A DNA stretch of 63,770 nucleotides, the filler included, from Stramenopiles sp. TOSAG23-2 (taxonomy: Eukaryota): the NCBI GenBank assembly GCA_900128395.1. It is 45 parts of 45 records of this genome, joined end to end, with 100 filler letters (N's around TTAATTAATTAA, not from the genome) between each part and the next. Parts side by side here need not be neighbours in the genome. Positions count along the whole stretch, not along the records: positions 11,418 to 12,742 come from LT653169.1; positions 12,843 to 14,167 come from LT653170.1; positions 14,268 to 15,592 come from LT653171.1; positions 15,693 to 17,016 come from LT653172.1; positions 17,117 to 18,439 come from LT653173.1; positions 18,540 to 19,862 come from LT653174.1; positions 19,963 to 21,285 come from LT653175.1; positions 21,386 to 22,708 come from LT653176.1; 37 more parts are not named here. One strand, 5' to 3'. The notes under the pieces were generated by a model. The model was not told where the DNA came from. It ran no database searches and was given only the letters and a program-made list of their open reading frames with translations. Numbering within the stretch: the stretch's first letter is position 1; the number at the start of each line of letters is the position of its first letter. The position numbers and the translations under genes are program-made. Shown here in pieces: positions 11,318-24,360 of this stretch.

Positions 11318-12218
11318 NNNNNNNNNNNNNNNNNNNNNNNNNNNNNNNNNNNNNNNNNNNNTTAATTAATTAANNNNNNNNNNNNNNNNNNNNNNNNNNN
11401 NNNNNNNNNNNNNNNNNGTACCATCAGTTGTGAAGAACTGTTGTTTAATTGGAAGTGTTATTTGTCGTAGGTATAAGTATCAAGTGCTGAACGAAGATAA
11501 TTTAATTAGATAAACTATTGAACAAGTTGTTTTAAGCTGAAATATTGTATGTTGTTGTTTTGTGTTGGAGTAGAGAGAGAGGTATGATTATATGATGTTG
11601 TTGGGGTAGAGAGAGAGGTATGATTATGATGTGGATGGAGTAGAGAGAGAGATGTATGAAGTGGTTGTGGTATATGATTTTATGATAAATACACACACAA
11701 CACTCTCTAGATTTTAGAATAACTCTTTTTATATAAATATCATAATATATTTTTTTTGCATTTAGTATGTATAAATAGGCCTGTAAGGTTCCATCATCTA
11801 TTAGAAAAATTTCAATATGAATATAATGTATTTTACATATTACAATCAAATATACAAAAAATGGCATGGTTTTCTGTACTTATACTTGTATGGATATCAA
11901 TGTAATGATGAAATGATATGGTATTCACATACGCAGCAAGTTTGAATTGATCGTATATTATGTTATTGTTGATTTTTTTTATTCTATCATTGTGGTAATA
12001 ATACCATTTTATATTGAAATACGCTTGGATATGGCAAAGGTACTATATATTGTAAATATCAATCCAAATGTTTCACAATGAATTGGAAAAATTTGGCTTA
12101 GCGCCCCATTCTAATACTTGTTCTACCAGTCGTATACATCATAATTGATCATAAAATGATACCAGATTCATATGCGTTTTTGTTTCAATGATCGTGTGGT
12201 ATGATTTTTTATTTCGTC

Positions 12219-12500
12219 ATCATATTATATTATCAAAAACATCATCATATCATATTATCAATAACATCATCATATGATATAATCAATATCATCATCATAT
12301 CATATTATCAATATCATCATCATATGATATCGAAAAATATATGATCAAGTACATGATTATATCATTATCAAATATCATCATCATATCATGATCAATATCA
12401 TATTGAAAAGTATATGATCAAGTAAATCATTATCAATATCATATTGCAACATATATGATTGATTACATGCTTGTATCATCATCAACATATATGATCAAGT
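12219..12500. repeat. degenerate ATC/ATCATAT low-complexity satellite
   Basis: Repeated CATCATCATAT-CATATTATCAA units. Confidence 0.8.
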
Positions 12501-13449
12501 AATTAATACTATACGATGTATTAAATGATATTTGATATGATTGCTATAATATTTATGTGTATTACCAAGATATTGAACATTTACCAGAGATTTGGTGTTG
12601 TATAATAACATATGTTAAACTTCATAATGTTGTAGGTGTCACATTAAATTATAACAAGAATGTGATTATATATATGAACATACAAATATCTATTGCTATA
12701 GTACCTGATATTAAAGCAAATGTTCAATGGTATTTTAGATAANNNNNNNNNNNNNNNNNNNNNNNNNNNNNNNNNNNNNNNNNNNNTTAATTAATTAANN
12801 NNNNNNNNNNNNNNNNNNNNNNNNNNNNNNNNNNNNNNNNNNTTTTTGTTTTAAAAAAATGGAATTGTTGTTGTTTTTATAATTATGTTATTATCTGGAT
12901 ATGATGTTTGTATTTTCTCTTCTTGTTTGTTGTTTGTACATTTTTATTCTTTTTATAATTGTGTATATATTTATTTTATTTTAATAGTTGCGGCCACAGC
13001 CCACACAGCGTCCGAAAAAAATGGCGAACCTAAACCGGCGAATCCTTGCACCGAACTCTACTACTACTGCCATTGATTTCAATGATGTGTGCGTGTGCAC
13101 ATGTGTTCCAAGAAGCACAAAAGTAAATTTTGAAGTGCCTTCTCTTAATCTTTTTGGACCGAGGGGTATCCTTAATCATATTTCACACCAATCATATATC
13201 ATTTTATATAACTAATATATTTATTAAGGAAAATTAAAAATTAAAATGAAAGCCCAAACGAAAAGACATCTCGTTAGTAACAAAAAGAGGAGAAGTATAT
13301 ATGCACATCACATATACATTTAAAAAAAGTTATATATACACATAACCTATATATACATATATAATGTAAAATCTAACAAACACCAATCAATCAAATAAAG
13401 AGAATCTCCATGATGATTATCCTTTCTTTCTATCTTCTTATCACCATTA

Positions 13450-13947
13450 TTGCTGTTTGCAATGTTAATTAAAGCCGTTCAACCATGCAAAAAAGGATTC
13501 CAATGTCCTGGAGGAAGTGCCATCCCCATACCATGCACTGTTGGCACGTATCAAAATTTAGAAACCTCATCGTCCTGTACTCTATGCCCTCCTGGTACGG
13601 TGACAGAGAAAAATGAATCTGAAAATTGCAACTTGTGTTATCAAGGATTTTTTTCCAATGTTAAGGGAGGAACGACATGCAAACAGTGTGCAGAAGGTCA
13701 ATTTTCTAGAAATGCATCGTTTCAATGTTCCGATTGTGAAGGTGGAAAATATTTAAGTAAAATATTAGTAAAATGCGTTGACTGGTCTGAAAAATATATA
13801 GATGTTGAATCATTAGAATTAGAAAAAGTAGGCAAGAAATTTTATTATTTTGATTTTAAACGTGGAATGATATATGACTTGAATTACCATTTGGTCGGGG
13901 AAATTCGTGGTGATGGTGAGATACATATTAGGCAGCTCCGAGCTTAA
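13450..13947 (+). CDS. Cys-rich GCC2/GCC3 (ephrin-receptor-like) repeat protein fragment, probably chimeric
   Basis: CxxGxxCPGG, CxxGTYQ..CxxCPPG repeats; signal-peptide-like MMIILSFYLL (13410) is out of frame; unrelated tail after about 13765. Confidence 0.6.
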   Translation: MLFAMLIKAVQPCKKGFQCPGGSAIPIPCTVGTYQNLETSSSCTLCPPGTVTEKNESENCNLCYQGFFSNVKGGTTCKQCAEGQFSRNASFQCSDCEGGKYLSKILVKCVDWSEKYIDVESLELEKVGKKFYYFDFKRGMIYDLNYHLVGEIRGDGEIHIRQLRA

Positions 13948-15321
13948 AAAAAATAGGTAAAGTATACGGAAATTGATGATTTTACCTATCATTAAGTACA
14001 ACTTGTACATTTTGTACATTTAGAATTTAGACATTTATTAGCATTTTAATTTAGCTGAAAAAGTGTAAATTATGATATCATACATACTATGATACGTATA
14101 TTCGTATCATATATATTATTTTACGCATAATTTATTGTTTTAATTTACTCATGATAATTCTTACTCTNNNNNNNNNNNNNNNNNNNNNNNNNNNNNNNNN
14201 NNNNNNNNNNNTTAATTAATTAANNNNNNNNNNNNNNNNNNNNNNNNNNNNNNNNNNNNNNNNNNNNAAAAAAAATGAACCCATTATAATACGACGCGGA
14301 CAAAAAAAGGGATATAATTTACAGTTGGTAAATGAATCGCATCAAAATAAGAGATATATCTATAGGACTTGCTCGGTCTTGGTTTTCAACAATTGAAAGG
14401 TCGCGTTCCTTCCCACTCTATCATCGCTTGCCAATTTCATAATTAATTCGCACTCCTTTCGCTTGTATTGAAACAATTGTATTTGAGCACTCTGTTCTTG
14501 GAAATTCATAACTGTCATATCATGGCAACGATGTTTCAGAGAATCGCAATTACAACATCAGTTGCTTTCATTTTTCGTAAAACAGGTAATCCATCATTTC
14601 CTCCGTAGATTTCAAATTATGTGTGTGTTTTTAGAGTACCCTGTGTGTGTACTTAATATATACCTATATACACTGTCGTGTCATAAACTGTCGTGTTAGC
14701 GATTAGGGCTTCGTTAATGTCACTAAAACTGAATAAAAAATTAAAATTTGTCAATAACAGATGAAATTTTTTGATTTTATATTAACAATGCTGTGTGGTA
14801 CGTAAAATTCAACATAACTGCTTTGTAAGTTGCATGTACAACGACATAACAACGTGATTTCTAAAGGAAAAAGAGGGGGGTTTTCTAGCTGGCCAGCTGG
14901 CTAGCAGACAGCCTGGACAGCTGGACAGGGTGCTGGACAGGATAAATATTAGGTACACACGTATTAGATACTGAATACACATACTACACACAAAAACAAA
15001 AAAAATATGCAAATTAAGAAACAACAAAACACGTAAACATACAAGAAGTAAACACACGTACACGTACAAGTAATCAAACACGCGCACGAATACTTTCATC
15101 CTAGACATAGAACACAGAAGCACGGTTCTACTATAATTGTTTGTAATTGTTGACATTTTTGTTGACATTATTTTTTACTGTTTCTTGGAGACAGATAGCG
15201 TAATTGCATTCGTTGTAGCTATAGTAAATTAAAACTAGAAGTGCAACTAATATATAAAAGAAAACGGTATTGAAAAGTTTATCTGTATTGTATTTATTTG
15301 ATTCTACTACTTTTTATAAGA

Positions 15322-15592
15322 ATGGAATACATTAGTGTATTTGTAATATGTTTATTGTCAATATCTATTGTTCGTGGTGAAGAAGATCTAACTTGTAAAG
15401 CTGGTTATGGTATGCCACCAACAGATATTCGTAGATCTGGTTCACAATGTAGTGGTCTATCTAAAATAACAACAGAAGCAGGATGTAAATTAGCAGCTGA
15501 ATATAATAGTAAGAATAATATTGATCAAAATGTAGGATATGGAGGCCGATGGAGTGGGTCGGATATTCCACCTGGATGTTATTATATGGGTG
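15322..15592 (+). CDS. secreted Cys-rich repeat protein, 5' part
   Basis: Signal peptide, CKAGYG, C..ITTEAGC, PPGCY; same family as 45610-46749 and 30279-30460. Confidence 0.7.
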
Positions 15593-15740
15593 NNNNNNNN
15601 NNNNNNNNNNNNNNNNNNNNNNNNNNNNNNNNNNNNTTAATTAATTAANNNNNNNNNNNNNNNNNNNNNNNNNNNNNNNNNNNNNNNNNNNNTATTCTAG
15701 AAACTAAATAATAATGAACTTATATGCCATATGCATACTC

Positions 15741-16943
15741 CTATACTTTTACAAGTTGATACAACGAGATGTTTCCTAAATTATCACCAAAATAAACATT
15801 ATCAGGTTTAATATCATCATGTGTAACTTCAAGAATCTTTAAATGATATTTCGACAAGCAATTATTAAATGTAACATGAGTATCAGACTTTCTATTATCA
15901 GGGGATATATAAATTGGAACATCATCGCCAATACCACCACCACCACTTTTACTATATCCAAAATTGACTTTTTTACGTTTACGTAATATTTTACGCTGTT
16001 TAGGCGATGCATACGATGTACCAATGGACATTCCATCATTGATTTTATTATTATCGTTGTTGTTGTTGTTGTTGTTCGATTCTTTTCCTTCCTCTTTTTC
16101 AATACGATATAAAGTTGCTAACCCATCATCATCAACTGTTTCCCCATATAATCGCATGGATGATGACCGATTATTATTATTATTGTTATTATTGTTACTA
16201 ATATCATTCAATATATCCTCTCCCTCCTCTTCCTCATCATCATCTGATTCGATAAAATCTTCTTCATTTTCCAAACCTAAATATTGTTTTGTTAAATTTA
16301 AATATCTACTTCTGTTTTTATCACTCATATCATGCATACGTTTCCGTGTTCGATCAATCTCACGAACCGTTCGTTCACTGAAACTATCACGTATTTTTTC
16401 CAAGGATTGATCTATTGATAAATCGTTTTTATTACTGACTATACTAGTATTGTTCTTTGTTGGATCGACACTACCTGTTTTGAATGTATCTGGCATGATA
16501 ATATTTTCTTCCCATCGACTTGTTCTATCATCTGCCATGACACGATAATCCATATCTGGATTTGTACGATTCACAGCATTTAAACTTCCTTTGAGATAAT
16601 CTTCAATTACATCCGCTGCACTTTTTGGAAACGGCGACATTAATTTCGTAACAGCGACTCTGGATGGCTGCTCATAACGATATTGTTGACCTGCAGATAT
16701 TCCTCCATTATTTTTTTTGCGTGGAGATAAATAATCAATTGGATTATTAGACGTATTAATTGGTACACGTCTTGGAGATAATGTACCATCTAATGTTGAT
16801 CTATTATTTAAGTCACGATGATGTAACCAATCTATTCTAGCATCAACAGCAACATCATGCAAATGTTCTCGTATTCTATCTCGAACAAATAATTGCCGTC
16901 TATCCCAACGTTGTAAAAAATGCCGTTTTCTTGCTGGATCCAT
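15741..16943 (-). CDS. hypothetical low-complexity protein
   Basis: 400-codon ORF with ATG start in AT-rich DNA, poly-Asn tracts. Confidence 0.65.
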   Translation of the reverse strand: MDPARKRHFLQRWDRRQLFVRDRIREHLHDVAVDARIDWLHHRDLNNRSTLDGTLSPRRVPINTSNNPIDYLSPRKKNNGGISAGQQYRYEQPSRVAVTKLMSPFPKSAADVIEDYLKGSLNAVNRTNPDMDYRVMADDRTSRWEENIIMPDTFKTGSVDPTKNNTSIVSNKNDLSIDQSLEKIRDSFSERTVREIDRTRKRMHDMSDKNRSRYLNLTKQYLGLENEEDFIESDDDEEEEGEDILNDISNNNNNNNNNRSSSMRLYGETVDDDGLATLYRIEKEEGKESNNNNNNNDNNKINDGMSIGTSYASPKQRKILRKRKKVNFGYSKSGGGGIGDDVPIYISPDNRKSDTHVTFNNCLSKYHLKILEVTHDDIKPDNVYFGDNLGNISLYQLVKV

Positions 16944-17280
16944 GTTATGTTTATATTATTATTTATCACTTTTTAACTATAATTAATTATTGATAATTTA
17001 AATTATTATTTTTATTNNNNNNNNNNNNNNNNNNNNNNNNNNNNNNNNNNNNNNNNNNNNTTAATTAATTAANNNNNNNNNNNNNNNNNNNNNNNNNNNN
17101 NNNNNNNNNNNNNNNNTGTATTAAATTTGATACACACGTGCCGGTATATTATTTAAATGTGTTTTTATATATAATACAGGCATATCATATATATATTAAA
17201 AAAATATGATATCATAAACGCGCTCGTATGATATGATATATATTTTTTCCAATACCCGACGCATATTATCATTATATTAT

Positions 17281-17718
17281 TTATTCTGCTGTTGATGCAT
17301 TTGAGTTACTACGTGATTGATTTTTTGAAAATCGTTCATCACCTCCATAGACTCCACCACTTTCACTAAATTCTTTCATAAAATGTGTTTTACAAAGCAA
17401 TCTTAACCCCGACGTAGCAAAATTTGATATTGTTAATTGACCATTACAAGTTTCACATTTAGCGCATTTTTTGTGATATACTTTATCCCCCATACTTATT
17501 TTATCATCATTTGGATAAATCGTTTTATTGCAAGCACCACATTTTAAACTTGCACCACCAAACCTACTTTTTTTTCTAGTCTTTGATTTCTGTTTATCTA
17601 ATTTGATTCTTTCTGCAACACTTAAACGTTTTGGAGCTGCATCATTCGAAGGAAGTTCTGTTGCTTTATCGTCTAGCTCTTTATCGTCCTTCTTTTTCTT
17701 ATCATCCTCAACAGAGGC

Positions 17719-17760
<42 letters not shown>

Positions 17761-18324
17761 TTTAACAGGTTCAGGCTTTTTCTCAACATTAACAGGAGAA
17801 GTTGTTTCATTTTCGCATGTCGGACATGGTTCTGTTACAGCTATTTTTTTTGGTTTAACAGCTGTCTTTTCATTTGAAATTTTTGCTGCTTTCGTAGCTT
17901 GTATCATTTCTTTAACTGATTTTCTGTTGGATGATGCTACGACCTCTTCAGCAGATACAGCTTTTGTCTTGACAGCAGCTTGTGGTGGTGGTGCTGGTGG
18001 CTTTTTAGTAGCAGTCACAACTGGCGTATTTGGTTGGCTTGTCGTAGTAGCAGATGCGCTTGAGTTACTACGTGATTGATTTTTTGAAAATCGTTCATCA
18101 CCTCCATAGACTCCACCACTTTCACTAAATTCTTTCATAAAATGTGTTTTACAAAGCAATCTTAACCCCGATGTAGCAAAATTTGATATTGTTAATTGAC
18201 CATTACAAGTTTCACATTTAGCGCATTTTTTATGATATACTTTATCCCCCATACTTATTTTATCATCATTTGGATAAATCGTTTTACTACAACGACCACA
18301 TTTTAAACTCGTACCGAATTTCAT
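17281..18324 (-). CDS. two-LIM-domain (CRP/MLP-like) protein
   Basis: Two C-x2-C-x17-H-x2-C-x2-C-x2-C-x17-C-x2-H LIM domains joined by a Thr/Pro/Lys linker. Confidence 0.92.
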
Positions 18325-18909
18325 GGTAATGTTATTATACACAAAAGATATGCGTATATATATATATATATAATTATTATAAATTAAATTATTTCCTTTG
18401 TATTAAACAAAGGAAGTGTTTTGTTGATTGAATTAGAAANNNNNNNNNNNNNNNNNNNNNNNNNNNNNNNNNNNNNNNNNNNNTTAATTAATTAANNNNN
18501 NNNNNNNNNNNNNNNNNNNNNNNNNNNNNNNNNNNNNNNGTATACAATAGATAAAATACCATCATTTATCATAGAGGTAACATTCTTATCATCGAATGAA
18601 ATAAGTCTTGTATATCATGTTTTAATATATCTATTGCATTATCACCATAAATACATTCTTTGCATTGTTTTGTTGCTGTTGTTTGATACGTCAATGGTGT
18701 ATACATGAAATATAATATAATCGATTCAAATGTTTTATAATCAACATATGAATAATCAATCAACATATCCTGACCATCTTTTGAATTATTTTTATATATA
18801 AAATAATTTATCACATGAAAGATTAAATATCCATCTTTTCCATTCAGTTTTATTAATTCAGTTTCAATTAATGTTAAAATATTGTTTACTAGAGTTTGAT
18901 TTGTAATAC

Positions 18910-18943
<34 letters not shown>

Positions 18944-19089
18944 ATCATTTCTCTTTGCCATCGTCGTCCTTGTTCTACGTTGTAATGTGTATTCATCATA
19001 TATAAATGCAGTAAATTGATCAATTGTGATTGTAGGCGTTTCCTAGTTTAATAATTCACTTCTACTTTTCGTTTGGTATAGTTTCTTAT

Positions 19090-19372
19090 TCCACTTCTTC
19101 CACTTCTTCGATTCTTAGTTTGTTGCTTCTACTTCTTCCACTTCGCTTGTTTATCAATTTGTTACCTCTTCCACTTCCTCGTTTCCTAGTTTGTTACTTC
19201 TTCTACTTCTTCCACTTCCACTTCGCTTGTTTATCAATTTGTTACCTCTTCCACTTCTTCGATTCTTAGTTTGTTACTTCTACTTCTTCCACTTCCACTT
19301 TCACTTCGCTTGTTTATCACTCTCTATACAACTTGTTTATCACTCTCTATACAACTTGTTTATCACTCTCTA
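19090..19372. repeat. CTTCCA-rich compound tandem repeats and 23-bp CTTGTTTATCACTCTCTATACAA units
   Basis: Directly visible repeated units. Confidence 0.8.
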
Positions 19373-20021
19373 TTCAACAATCATATTCACATATATATCT
19401 CTACCAATCGATTATGAATACCGGATTGTCGTAAGATGTGTCCATATCCTTTGTTTATTGTTGTCCATATGACAAATCCCATACGACATATGGTGCGCTG
19501 GGTGCACTTTACAGGTATGATGTAACAATAGGTATAGCATCATACTAAGCTCCATAAATATATATAAAAATGCAAATTCAATAGCCAACTGTGCGCCCCG
19601 GGATAGAAGCTAATATAGGTGTACTTTGTTATAATCTAAGGAGTATAGGCTAAATATGGAAGGAGTTGTTACATAAAAAGGTACAAATTTTCACTGCCCC
19701 AATGTTGCCAATGATAATCCCATATTAAAGACAAATACAATGCTATTACATGCTAAGTCATAGTATAAATATATATACCAAAAATTTTTCAATTTTCTTA
19801 ATACCTCCGAAACCAAAGTTAGGTCATCCTAATTTTAAAGTATTCACGATATTGGTGTAGTGNNNNNNNNNNNNNNNNNNNNNNNNNNNNNNNNNNNNNN
19901 NNNNNNTTAATTAATTAANNNNNNNNNNNNNNNNNNNNNNNNNNNNNNNNNNNNNNNNNNNNCAAAATAATAATAGTAATATAATAATAATAGTAATAAT
20001 AATAATAATAGTAATATAGAT

Positions 20022-21026
20022 TTGTCACCATCTGAAATAGCATTTATCGAACCAAATTTTAATGGTAAAAAATCTGGTTTATGTGGAATATTTAGAGGAA
20101 TTGGTCCGGATGGAAAAAAAATTGCCGTTTGGTCAGTAGAGAGATTTCAAAAGTTATTAAAAAGCAAATTAAAATTAATTGACAGGAAAAAATTATCAAT
20201 ATCAAAAGCATTGAAAGAAACATTTTATGAATTACATCAAGCTATTGGTATGGAAGAAAAAAAAAAAGATACGAAGAAAAAACGTGGTAGTTGGATAAAT
20301 AGAAATAATAAAAAAAATGATGAACAGGAACCCATGTTTCAATTTAATGATAGTGGCGTAACAGCAACGATTGTTTGGTTATTTAAAAATAAAATTATAT
20401 GTGCAAATGTTGGCGATAGTACTTGTGTTGTTGGTTCTGAATTTTTAACAGAGGAAGACTTAGAAGATGGTATGAAACCAAAAATATTAGCACATTTATT
20501 AAGTGAAAAGCATGATGTGCAAAACAATGAAAAAGAAATTAATCGTATCGAAAAACACGGTGGTGTAGAATTTAGGGAACAAGGTGTTACGTTTGGTGTT
20601 GGCACTAAACGAATATGCTATCCAGGTCAAAATGTACCTGGTTTATTAATCACTCGAATCCTAGGATTTTATGATGGCAAGGAATTAGGATTAATACCCG
20701 AACCATCCATATATCAAATGGATTATGGCCCATCAAAACATAAGAATATTGGTTATAGGGATGATGATGATTTTACAAAAATAAAGACACTAATTATTGC
20801 AACACCTGGACTATGGGATGTGATTGGCCCATTTGAGGCAATTCAAGACATTTTATTGGAATGTAGAGATAGAAAAGAAGCAAATCCTGCACGGTATTTA
20901 TTATCAAAAGCATATAAACGTAGAAGTATTAAAGATATTAGTTGTATTGTATTGAAAATAGGTTGGGGTGGCGGTGGTGAAGATGAGCTGCCACAACAAC
21001 AACAACAACAACTTGATGATTTGTAA
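20022..21026 (+). CDS. PP2C/PPM-fold protein with degenerate catalytic motifs
   Basis: SGVTA, CANVGDS, H..EINRI, ITRILG, GLWDV present; DGHG replaced by RGIG and SDG by TPG. Confidence 0.85.
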   Translation: MSPSEIAFIEPNFNGKKSGLCGIFRGIGPDGKKIAVWSVERFQKLLKSKLKLIDRKKLSISKALKETFYELHQAIGMEEKKKDTKKKRGSWINRNNKKNDEQEPMFQFNDSGVTATIVWLFKNKIICANVGDSTCVVGSEFLTEEDLEDGMKPKILAHLLSEKHDVQNNEKEINRIEKHGGVEFREQGVTFGVGTKRICYPGQNVPGLLITRILGFYDGKELGLIPEPSIYQMDYGPSKHKNIGYRDDDDFTKIKTLIIATPGLWDVIGPFEAIQDILLECRDRKEANPARYLLSKAYKRRSIKDISCIVLKIGWGGGGEDELPQQQQQQLDDL

Positions 21027-21578
21027 TAAAAAAAGTAGTGTGCTGTTGTATTTAATCTGGTAATACATTAATGTAAAATACACTCTCTAGATAGTCTGCG
21101 TCGTCAGTACTATAAAGAGCGCCTATCTTCAATGATTATGTTTGTACTCTAAAATTTATACTTATTTTAATAACAATAATTTTGATTCCAGGAAGAAAGA
21201 AAGAGCAACAAATATTAAAGATCATCCCATCCATATAGGCCTATACATGTGCACATATAAAAATTATAATTACGTAAAATTATATNNNNNNNNNNNNNNN
21301 NNNNNNNNNNNNNNNNNNNNNNNNNNNNNTTAATTAATTAANNNNNNNNNNNNNNNNNNNNNNNNNNNNNNNNNNNNNNNNNNNNCTATAGAATAAGATA
21401 TATATATCTTCTGGTTTTGTTGTTTGTAAAATACACATGATTCCATATTGTGTATGGTAACCATGTGAAATCATATTAACAAGAAATATATCAATATATA
21501 TATATATATGTTTATATTTATTAATTACGACGAGTTTCCGAAAAAATAATATAATTAAAGTGATATATAATATATATC

Positions 21579-22466
21579 ATGTCATTTGTAGCGGAACAAT
21601 TTCGTGAGGAAGCAGAAACATTAATAAAAGATGTTATATTTAATGATAATTATTGGACGGAAGTAACATCAACTTTGCCAGAAAAAGTTACGAAAGGAAG
21701 TGATATCAAAGTATATGAAAATAGTAGCAGCAGCTCAAATGTAGTGCTAAAATTTGTACGTACGATGAATGGCACCGTAAAAGATTTACAGCGTGTTCTT
21801 CAAAGCAAAGATGCACAAAAACAATGGGATAAACAATCAGCAAATAATAAAGATATAGTAAATAATTCACCAGAATTTGCAAATATTAAGTTAACATATA
21901 CAAAATCCAGAGCGCAAGGCCCATTCTCTTCTAGGCATACTGTATTTGGAACACATCTATATGAACGTGAAGATGGAAAATCTGTATCTTTTTCGAAATC
22001 ATTAAATGATTTAGACTGCTCATACATGAAAGAAAACAATGTTGTCATGACAATTAATTTTGGTATATTTATTATCGAACAAATTGACGATAATACTATA
22101 AAAGTGACATTAGGACGTTCATTGAATTTGGATTTAGGATATTTTATACCAATTGGTAGAATACGTTCTAGATTAGCAGTTATTACACCTTACTCAATGC
22201 ATATGATGTCAAAACTTATGAAGGAAGAAGATCTAAGTAGTAATGATAGTAACAATTCAACAAGCAATCCACAAGGGTCTGCTTCCACTGCATTACAAAC
22301 AAACAAAAATGGAAGTGTTGTTCGTAATGAAGATTTGCAACGATTGAAAGATATGATTAAGAAATTACGCTCAAAATTAAAATGGTTAGAGAAATTAGGA
22401 TTTATCTCGTTATCATCTATTGTATTAATATTGATCTATAATTTATTTGTTGGCAGAAGAAGGTGA
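21579..22466 (+). CDS. START-domain lipid-binding protein with C-terminal coiled coil and TM anchor
   Basis: W..K..IKVY, QWDK, GPFSSRH motifs; hydrophobic tail followed by RRR. Confidence 0.75.
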   Translation: MSFVAEQFREEAETLIKDVIFNDNYWTEVTSTLPEKVTKGSDIKVYENSSSSSNVVLKFVRTMNGTVKDLQRVLQSKDAQKQWDKQSANNKDIVNNSPEFANIKLTYTKSRAQGPFSSRHTVFGTHLYEREDGKSVSFSKSLNDLDCSYMKENNVVMTINFGIFIIEQIDDNTIKVTLGRSLNLDLGYFIPIGRIRSRLAVITPYSMHMMSKLMKEEDLSSNDSNNSTSNPQGSASTALQTNKNGSVVRNEDLQRLKDMIKKLRSKLKWLEKLGFISLSSIVLILIYNLFVGRRR

Positions 22467-23160
22467 GATGCAAACACGCGAGAGAGAGAGAGATAATTTT
22501 TTAAATAATATAATTAATACGATATGATGATGTAATGATGAGAAAGAGTACAGAGAGAGAGTATAGATAATTACCGCCGCTTTGTAAAAAAAATACGAGT
22601 TCGTACTTTTTTTTTGTATGATATTAAATATTTACTTTTTATTAGAAATTTATGATTTATAAAATGATGGTTAAAATCTAAGTTATGTCATAATATATAA
22701 TAATTTTANNNNNNNNNNNNNNNNNNNNNNNNNNNNNNNNNNNNNNNNNNNNTTAATTAATTAANNNNNNNNNNNNNNNNNNNNNNNNNNNNNNNNNNNN
22801 NNNNNNNNTGATATGTGTGAGTCTGCGTGTAAATTTTATACTTAAATCAACAACACTACTACTTTTATGTTCCTATCACGTTTTAAAATGGGAATTATTT
22901 ATACTTGATAGTATAATATTATTTTTGTGTTTTGCTAGGTCCAAGTTTTGTTCCAAAATTCCTAGGTTTAGCATACGAATAGCATTAACTTTGGCCCGAA
23001 CGGCACGTTTAACGCTCTACGGCACGTTTTTTACCATATACTGCCATTCATTGTGTTATTTTTAAATATAAGAAACCAGATACTGTATATTATATATTTT
23101 ATATGTACTATAATGGCCATACGACACTCCTCATTCGTGCATTCATTTAATATTTGCTTT

Positions 23161-24130
23161 TTACCAAAACGGACCTTCAATTCTTTGTTCATATTCCTTG
23201 GTCAATATGTCTCTAACTTCATCAACATCTATATCTTGTACGGTCATATCGATATCAACATGATTACTTTTAAAAAATTGTCTAGCACCAGATCCAGCTG
23301 CTGTACCCAAGTCCATGTACATTGTTTCGATTCGAAGGGATGAAAATGCAACCGATGATGCTGATAAAGCAACTGGTATTATTAAGTTTTGACATTGTTC
23401 ACGTTTCGGTAACATTACTTCAAATGGTACATCATACCATAAATCATATGGCTCTAAACCTTTTGTGCTTTCAGGTGGTATGAATGGATCAATAGCATGA
23501 CGAAAAAACCCTTCATTTACAACGTATCTTTTTCCATCTTCTTTATTAAAAATACCATACCTTGCCATAGTGTGCTGATCAAATTCCCAACAGCCCATAG
23601 CAATTGAATTGATTTTCTTTCGTGGATTTGCGACATTGTTTTGTGTCATAATTTTCATACCACGGAGACGATTACTAGATCTTATATACAATTGCGGAGG
23701 CCAGTTATTGTACTTCACAAATTCATCTTTACATAAACCAAAACGCTTTGCATCATTCCGAGTAAATTCTGGCACGGCCATATCATTTGCTAAATAAAAA
23801 AATGACCCTTGAAGATAATACGTATGTTTTTCTATTATTTCTTCGCGCATTGCATGATTTGCTGTTGTCCATCCTCTGTTTATATTTGGTTGGTCACTAT
23901 CAACAGGAGCAGTTCCGCAACAAATAATATATTTCTTTTTTTTTGGCAATATCAAACACTTCTTTTGAATATTCTCCTAAATCGGTAAAGTAACTAAATG
24001 GTGAGCCATTTTTTTTTGGAAATTTATTCAATTTAACAACTTCATTTAATACTCGTTGCAATAAAACAAAATCTTCCCGGTTATAATTTTTTGGTTGTGG
24101 AAATGGAACAAGATTATCTCGATCTGTCAT
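23161..24130 (-). CDS. FAD-dependent oxidoreductase (FAD_oxidored-type), 3' part, one frameshift near 23935-23975
   Basis: VPFPQPKNY, GLCKDEF..NWPPQLYIR..RLRG, FDQH, VPF..MLPK..NLIIPVALSAS..SSLRIE..LGTAAG. Confidence 0.85.
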
Positions 24131-24360
24131 TNNNNNNNNNNNNNNNNNNNNNNNNNNNNNNNNNNNNNNNNNNNNTTAATTAATTAANNNNNNNNNNNNN
24201 NNNNNNNNNNNNNNNNNNNNNNNNNNNNNNNGAACAACAACAACAAAAAGTAGTGACTATTGTTAGAAATACTAATTTGTTTTTATCAACAAGAAGCACA
24301 AACTTGTTTTGTTTTTGAATTGTATTTTATTATTTATTAGTTTTCGTATTATTTACCAAC

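Noticed and set aside
19090-19372. CRISPR-like short repeats
   Set aside because: Tandem low-complexity units with no unique spacers and no cas genes
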